Assembly: GCA_963805855.1 (NCBI GenBank)
Contig: CAWDVW010000007.1
Location: forward strand, 576,001-640,000
Direction of reading: 5' to 3'
Origin: Candidatus Dadabacteria bacterium
GTDB lineage: Bacteria > Desulfobacterota_D > UBA1144 > Nemesobacterales > CSP1-2
DNA length: 64,000 nucleotides
Shown here: piece after piece, positions 60,001 to 64,000 of the stretch
Position numbering within the stretch: the first letter of the stretch is position 1
Layout of the letters: the number at the start of each line of letters is the position of its first letter
Translations under genes and position numbers: made by a program
The notes under the pieces: model-generated
Database searches by the model: none
Seen by the model: the letters and a program-made list of their open reading frames with translations, nothing else
Told to the model about the DNA's origin: nothing

Positions 60001-60289
60001 CTCTGCCAAAGGGATGGTTTTTATAACCCTGGAAGACGAGACGGGTTTCATAAATCTCGTGTTCACACCTAACATTTATGCGAAGTATTATCACATCGTC
60101 GAGCGCCAGCCCTTTCTATGCGTAGAAGGACAGCTACAAAAGGCAAGTGACTATCATTCTATACTGGTGAGGAAGCTTTTTGAGCCGAACCTGAATCAGA
60201 ATGTCGTTAAAATAGAAAGAAAGGAAGAGCGGTATGAAAAGGTTGAGAGCAACATGACAGAATTGATCAAGCCGCGAAGTTTTATGTGA
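57026..60289 (+). CDS. dnaE2: Error-prone DNA polymerase DnaE2 (ImuC)
   Basis: TNFSFL.GAS.P, QGRGSAANSAVC, PPDIDVDFEH, PRHLGIHSGG, FQIESRAQM, YGFPESHA, AKGMVFITLEDETG. Confidence 0.95.
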   Translation: MASILERYGLHEWLCKTNFSFLIGASHPHDIVKTASDLQYSSICVNDFDGVYGLARTYRELERLKNEDENNNLKLNFGAEIHFSVDHDKPILLQDTLVLVAKDWEGYKNLCELLTYSHRDGKTYANIPLDYLLSANISGLFAIQPMRGLIRSNVEKESFYNLYSHFKGEFYFAISKHFHRSEDRWIRPTIDLATKIGAKCILSQDVFFHNRSQKPMSDLLHAIRTNRTLNTCKEHLFPNGERCLHDIETIERFFCDLPVFEEAIKLSHELNEQCSFSFSQLRYQYPKEMIPHGYTAQSYLEHLVWQGARRRFENNISEKIRKSLTHELDLIEKLNFADYFLTVWDIVSWARSKNILCQGRGSAANSAVCFVLGITEVNPDLFDLLFERFISMERGDPPDIDVDFEHERREEVVQYIYKRYGRDRAAMVANVITFRAKGSMRAVGKALGVSEELLGEMSKLADYKYFLRSRTRDIISELNKGENSNNAPKNFSWKLWVELSERLRGFPRHLGIHSGGFMLTDKPLNYLVPQEPASMENRTVVQWCKDDIEGLGFFKIDILCLGMLTAIRKCFESIEEKYGRKLTLYSIPENDPATYEMIQRADTVGTFQIESRAQMSMLPRLKPRCFYDLVIEVGIIRPGPIQGKIIHPYLARREGKAPVIYPDERMRPILSRTLGVPIFQEQAMRIAIDVGDFTPGEANELRKNIGSWNVREFKMNLNPWLEKLKRGMERNGIKKEFIDQILRQMRGFAHYGFPESHAVSFALLAYASSYLKCHHPAAFFNAVLNSQPMGFYLPHALLQAAQRNGIMILPVSINESDWDNKLENISSESRKLIYGIRLGFRLVNSLSKSGCQDMLKVRKDIGRWESLDHFLKTTQVYRDDFTALAAANAFGEFGINRSEAIWKAEAAPFRRLVDIEGRKIDWNHETKMQQIQRDFHSFNTSLEEHPVKIVKQDNWPYRIPVKSLVLAEDLSSKRRNSIVLTFGMTLVKQSPGSAKGMVFITLEDETGFINLVFTPNIYAKYYHIVERQPFLCVEGQLQKASDYHSILVRKLFEPNLNQNVVKIERKEERYEKVESNMTELIKPRSFM

Positions 60290-60363
60290 ATCAGGCTCTC
60301 CTGCCCCGAGCTTAGGCGAAGCATTGGAAATGACAACTTTTTTCCTGTCATCTCGACCAGTCT

Positions 60364-60459
60364 TGTCATTTCGAATGAAAATGAGAAATCTTTCATTTGT
60401 CTTTTGTTTTTCCCCGGCTCAACTACAAGATCTCTCACATGCGTTCGAGATGACATGTT
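60364..60459. repeat. Inverted copy of the GIY-YIG-associated repeat unit; right arm of the 39-bp inverted repeat
   Basis: Reverse complement closely matches 53429-53517; 60421-60459 is identical to the reverse complement of 53969-54007. Confidence 0.85.
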
Positions 60460-60713
60460 GCATAGGCCCGTGATCATAAGAGTGGCCGAAATGACAAAAC
60501 GCAGTCACGAGATGGCTTTCTCAAGGAGCCTGTCCTCTATCTAAATGAAGCGAAGGGTGAGTCAATAAGCAAATAAACAAAGCCTGAGCCCGAGCTTTTA
60601 TTTCGCCCCGCAAAAACTGGAGCCTTACTTAATTGCGTTCTTCATGAAACCGAACCGCCAAAGGCTCTAATTGACATATCGGGGGCTTACCTAAAAACTT
60701 ATCAATCAATCTT

Positions 60714-61283
60714 ATGGATAGGAGAACCGTTTTGATAGAAGCAAGTGTAATTCCAGCATTACTGCTGTTATTATTCGGCATCAACAGTTTAGCTGAATCA
60801 AAGGATGAACCTGAAACCGTCGAGCGAGTCGATTTAGGACGATATGCGGGGCTCTGGTATGAAATTGCAAAAATTCCGAATCGCTTCCAACGAATATGTC
60901 ACAGAGACACTACGGCTAATTATAAACTTCGGGATGATGGACGCATCTCAGTTTTGAACAGATGTATTGACAAGGAAGGCAACCCAATCGAAGCCAGTGG
61001 ACTCGCGAAAGTAATAGATTCTGATACAAATGCCAAATTAAAGGTTAGCTTCTTCCGTATATTCGGGATTCAGCTTTTCTGGGGTGATTACTGGATTATA
61101 GGACTCGGATATGATTATGAATATGCAATTGTTGGACACCCAGCTAGAAAGTACGGATGGATACTTAGCAGAGAACGACAGCTCTCTTCTGAAAATCTTG
61201 AGGAAATATATTCCATTCTTAGAAACAGTGGATACAATCCAGATGATTTTGAATTTACAGTCCACTCTAAGACAGGGCTTTAG
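60714..61283 (+). CDS. blc: Bacterial lipocalin (Blc family)
   Basis: VDLGRYAGLWYEIAK.PN.FQ, KLKVSFF, GDYWII, KYGWILSR. Confidence 0.88.
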   Translation: MDRRTVLIEASVIPALLLLLFGINSLAESKDEPETVERVDLGRYAGLWYEIAKIPNRFQRICHRDTTANYKLRDDGRISVLNRCIDKEGNPIEASGLAKVIDSDTNAKLKVSFFRIFGIQLFWGDYWIIGLGYDYEYAIVGHPARKYGWILSRERQLSSENLEEIYSILRNSGYNPDDFEFTVHSKTGL

Positions 61284-61823
61284 CACGAGCATAGGCTTAA
61301 GTCATTTGCCAATTAAGAAAACACTATGCGATTCATACTTTCAATCGTCTTAAAATGATTATCTCTTTTTTTGAGTAGATTTAATGTCAATAATTTGTTG
61401 GAGAGGGGAATTAATGGGGACGCATGTACTAGCTCACTAATTCGGTAACTTTTTGCGACTTATCAGTAAGTGATTCATTATTCGTTCAAAAAAGGTTTCT
61501 TAGATCACTTAATTCAAAAATGAAAATCACAAATTTAAGATAACACACTACTTAGACACACAATTATTTGATTAAATAAATTATTATATGGTTTTTAGAG
61601 ATAAAAGTTCAGCTCCTCTATTTGTTAAATTAAGATTTCTTCGTTATTGGAAAAGAGGGACATAATTACTGAGCATCTACAACGCAACCCTTTAAAAGCG
61701 AGCATAAACGGTTTCTGGCATGCATATTGACTTAATTACAAAGGGCCCGGTATTTATTCCCGATTAAAATTGAAAAAAAATAGATACAATCTTGGAGCTT
61801 CGCTATTATTAGATAGTTTCTTG

Positions 61824-62192
61824 TTAATCTGCCAATTGATTTTTAAGCCAGGATTTTATTGAATCATTTATTGGGTAGCGACCGTCGGTCTTAATATTGC
61901 CTCCCGCTTCTGTAATTGCTTCCTGGATCATTTGTTCGGGCGTCTCAATTATTTCAGCAATGAAGTCGCCAGAACCATCTGGATAGTTTTCATACAGGTA
62001 GAGTGCGGTTTGAAGATTTCTTACTTCTATAAAAAAGTAGAAACCGACCCTAGCTTGCATCTGCCTCTCAATCTCTTCGATCTCTTCTCGGGTTTCATTC
62101 CCTTTCCGCCTTATCCTCTCGCGTGGCTTCATGTCCCAGTTAATTTGAGATATTAGGGCTTTCTCGTTTCTAATGTCCACAAGTGTTTTCAT
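61824..62192 (-). CDS. Hypothetical protein (possibly DVU0772-like)
   Basis: INWDM.P.E and G.YPI...IK.WL..QL resemble that family from memory; GGAAGCGAGG upstream. Confidence 0.55.
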   Translation of the reverse strand: MKTLVDIRNEKALISQINWDMKPRERIRRKGNETREEIEEIERQMQARVGFYFFIEVRNLQTALYLYENYPDGSGDFIAEIIETPEQMIQEAITEAGGNIKTDGRYPINDSIKSWLKNQLAD

Positions 62193-62262
62193 CTGTAATT
62201 CGTCCTCGCTTCCATGATGGATCCTCAGTATTTATGAACGAAATTAAAGGGGACGCTACCCT

Positions 62263-63378
62263 TTAATTAAGAAGTTCATCGATTGGAGTATAATCATAAC
62301 CGAATGCTTCAGCTACACCTTTGTAAGTCACCTTACCTCTAACAACGTTAGCACCACGTTTTATTTCACTGTTTTCCTTCATAGCCTTTTTCCACCCTTT
62401 GTTAGCAATCTCCAGGGCGTATGGCAAAGTGGCATTGGTCAAGGCAAGGGTTGAGGTTTTGGGCAAGGCACCCGGCATATTTGACACACAATAATGCACA
62501 ATGCCATCGATATTGTATATGGGATCGGCATGAGTTGTCGGCCTCGAAGTCTCAAAGCATCCACCTTGATCGATAGACACATCTACTAACACGGCACCTT
62601 TCTTCACCATTTTCAACATTTCACGTGTTATGAGTTTCGGAGCCTTTGCTCCGGGAATAAGGACTGCTCCCACAATTACGTCAGCTATTGGGAGAAACCT
62701 GCGAATAGTGGCCGGCTTAGACATCAAAAGGAAGCAATTACGAGGCATAATGTCACTCAGATACCTAAGGCGATCAAGGTTCTTGTCTAGGACATAGACT
62801 TTGGCTCCCAAACCGCATGCAGTTTTAGCAGCATTAGTTCCAACGACACCACCTCCTAGAATTACTACAGTGCCCGGATCGACTCCAGGTACACCCCCCA
62901 AAAGTATACCCTGCCCCCCGTGTTCCATTTCCAGATACTTCGAGGCCTGTTGAATCGCCATCCTTCCCGCCACTTCACTCATTGGTGTTAATAGGGGCAA
63001 AGTACCATCTTCCTTCTGGATAGTTTCGTACGCGATATTTACAGATTTTCTCTCAATTAAGGTTTGTGTTAATTCTTCAGATACAGCCAGATGAAGATAG
63101 GTGAAAATAATCTGGTCTTCTCTTATGAGCCCATATTCGGAAGGCTGAGGCTCCTTAACATGCATCACAGTCTCGGACCGACCATAAATTTCCTCTGGAC
63201 CTGCAACAATTTCAGCTCCATGCTCGACATAGCTGGCATCCTCAAATCCGCTGCTCACACCGGCGTTGCTCTGAACCAGCACCACGTGTCCGTTCTGGAC
63301 CATGAGTTCCACTCCACCCGGAGTCATCGAAACACGATTTTCTTCAGTCTTTATTTCCTTTAGAATACCAACTATCAT
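62263..63378 (-). CDS. ald: Alanine dehydrogenase
   Basis: KEIK..ENRV, FTYLHLA, LPLLTPMSEVAGR, GGGVVG, DQGGCFETS, HYCVSNMPGA. Confidence 0.96.
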   Translation of the reverse strand: MIVGILKEIKTEENRVSMTPGGVELMVQNGHVVLVQSNAGVSSGFEDASYVEHGAEIVAGPEEIYGRSETVMHVKEPQPSEYGLIREDQIIFTYLHLAVSEELTQTLIERKSVNIAYETIQKEDGTLPLLTPMSEVAGRMAIQQASKYLEMEHGGQGILLGGVPGVDPGTVVILGGGVVGTNAAKTACGLGAKVYVLDKNLDRLRYLSDIMPRNCFLLMSKPATIRRFLPIADVIVGAVLIPGAKAPKLITREMLKMVKKGAVLVDVSIDQGGCFETSRPTTHADPIYNIDGIVHYCVSNMPGALPKTSTLALTNATLPYALEIANKGWKKAMKENSEIKRGANVVRGKVTYKGVAEAFGYDYTPIDELLN

Positions 63379-63442
63379 TTTTGGCCTTCCTTATCAACCT
63401 AATTTTCTTATTTAACGATCCTGACTACCCAATCTTAAATCA

Positions 63443-63772
63443 TTACTCACTGGAAGCTTTAGTATCGAGAAAAGTCTCAAATGTTTCCAAATGGCTCGGC
63501 TTGCTAAATGCCTCTTTAGAGAGCGTACCGCTCTTAGCATGACCCTTTTTGAAAGCATCCGAATTTACCCAATTATTAAAATGCTCCTCTGTTTGCCAAA
63601 ACGTCATGACTACATAGGGTTGTTCAGGTTCTTGGGGTCGTAATACTAGATTGCGTATAAAACCTCTCATTTCGTCTACTGCATGAATCCGATTACGGAA
63701 ACGTTCCTCAAATTTAGGAGCATATTCCGGGCTTACGAAAATTCGATTCATAGTAACAAACATGATTTTCAC
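63443..63772 (-). CDS. ABM-family monooxygenase (IsdG/HmoA heme-oxygenase-like)
   Basis: MNRI.V, FEERF..R, T.W.....F..W..SDAF..GH (Asn/Trp/His triad positions). Confidence 0.8.
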   Translation of the reverse strand: MKIMFVTMNRIFVSPEYAPKFEERFRNRIHAVDEMRGFIRNLVLRPQEPEQPYVVMTFWQTEEHFNNWVNSDAFKKGHAKSGTLSKEAFSKPSHLETFETFLDTKASSE

Positions 63773-64000
63773 CTCATTGAATGGAATCAGGAGAATTTAT
63801 TATATCATAGGAAAAGAATATCTTCTGTTTGAGGAAGGGGATGCACGATGCAGGATACAGGATACGGAATATAACTAGTAGGGTGGCCAGCTACGTGTGG
63901 GGTCGAGCTTAATCGGGGATCAATTGTTCTATTTCTCATTTTCTCTGTCTTGATACAAAGAAACAAAAATAAAGGTTTTCCAAACCCTGTCATCTCGAAC

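Noticed and set aside
61715-61731. Sigma54-like CTGGCATGCATATTGAC
   Set aside because: The -12 element is GA rather than GC, and there is no + strand gene downstream.
63840-63867. Four degenerate heptamers (GAT(G/A)C(A/G)(C/G))
   Set aside because: Short low-complexity intergenic tandem repeat with no evident function.

Overview
Bacterial DNA of roughly 40-45% GC by eye. The gene content resembles Desulfobacterota or Dadabacteria-type lineages, but taxonomy cannot be established from this window. (1) 1-36 kb is an extracellular-electron-transfer-type island with 13 c-type cytochrome genes and 58 canonical CxxCH motifs counted by hand. It includes a split CbcL-like quinol oxidase, a Rieske/cytochrome b module flanked by two pentahemes, an MtrC/OmcA-porin-heptaheme conduit operon, surface lipoprotein cytochromes on Gly or Pro/Thr linkers, hemA, an AhbD-like radical SAM, ccmAB, a sigma54 two-component system whose sensor carries a CX4CH motif, and at least 7 sigma54 promoters. 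(2) An intact IS110 element (29092-30525) sits inside the island. Its bridge RNA can be read directly: all four guides match the element's own junctions and flanks, the core is CT, and the circle junction forms a TTGACA-N17-TATGCT promoter. (3) 36-53 kb holds mixed housekeeping and accessory genes, including a Zymomonas/plant-type pyruvate decarboxylase and a frameshifted AttEFGH-like ABC operon. (4) 53-60.5 kb holds a small GIY-YIG nuclease embedded in TGTCAT..ATGACA palindromic repeats and a lexA-imuA-imuB-dnaE2 cassette with a candidate non-canonical LexA box, bracketed by a perfect 39-bp inverted repeat. Dispersed palindromic repeats and MITEs are frequent. No rRNA, tRNA or CRISPR array was seen.
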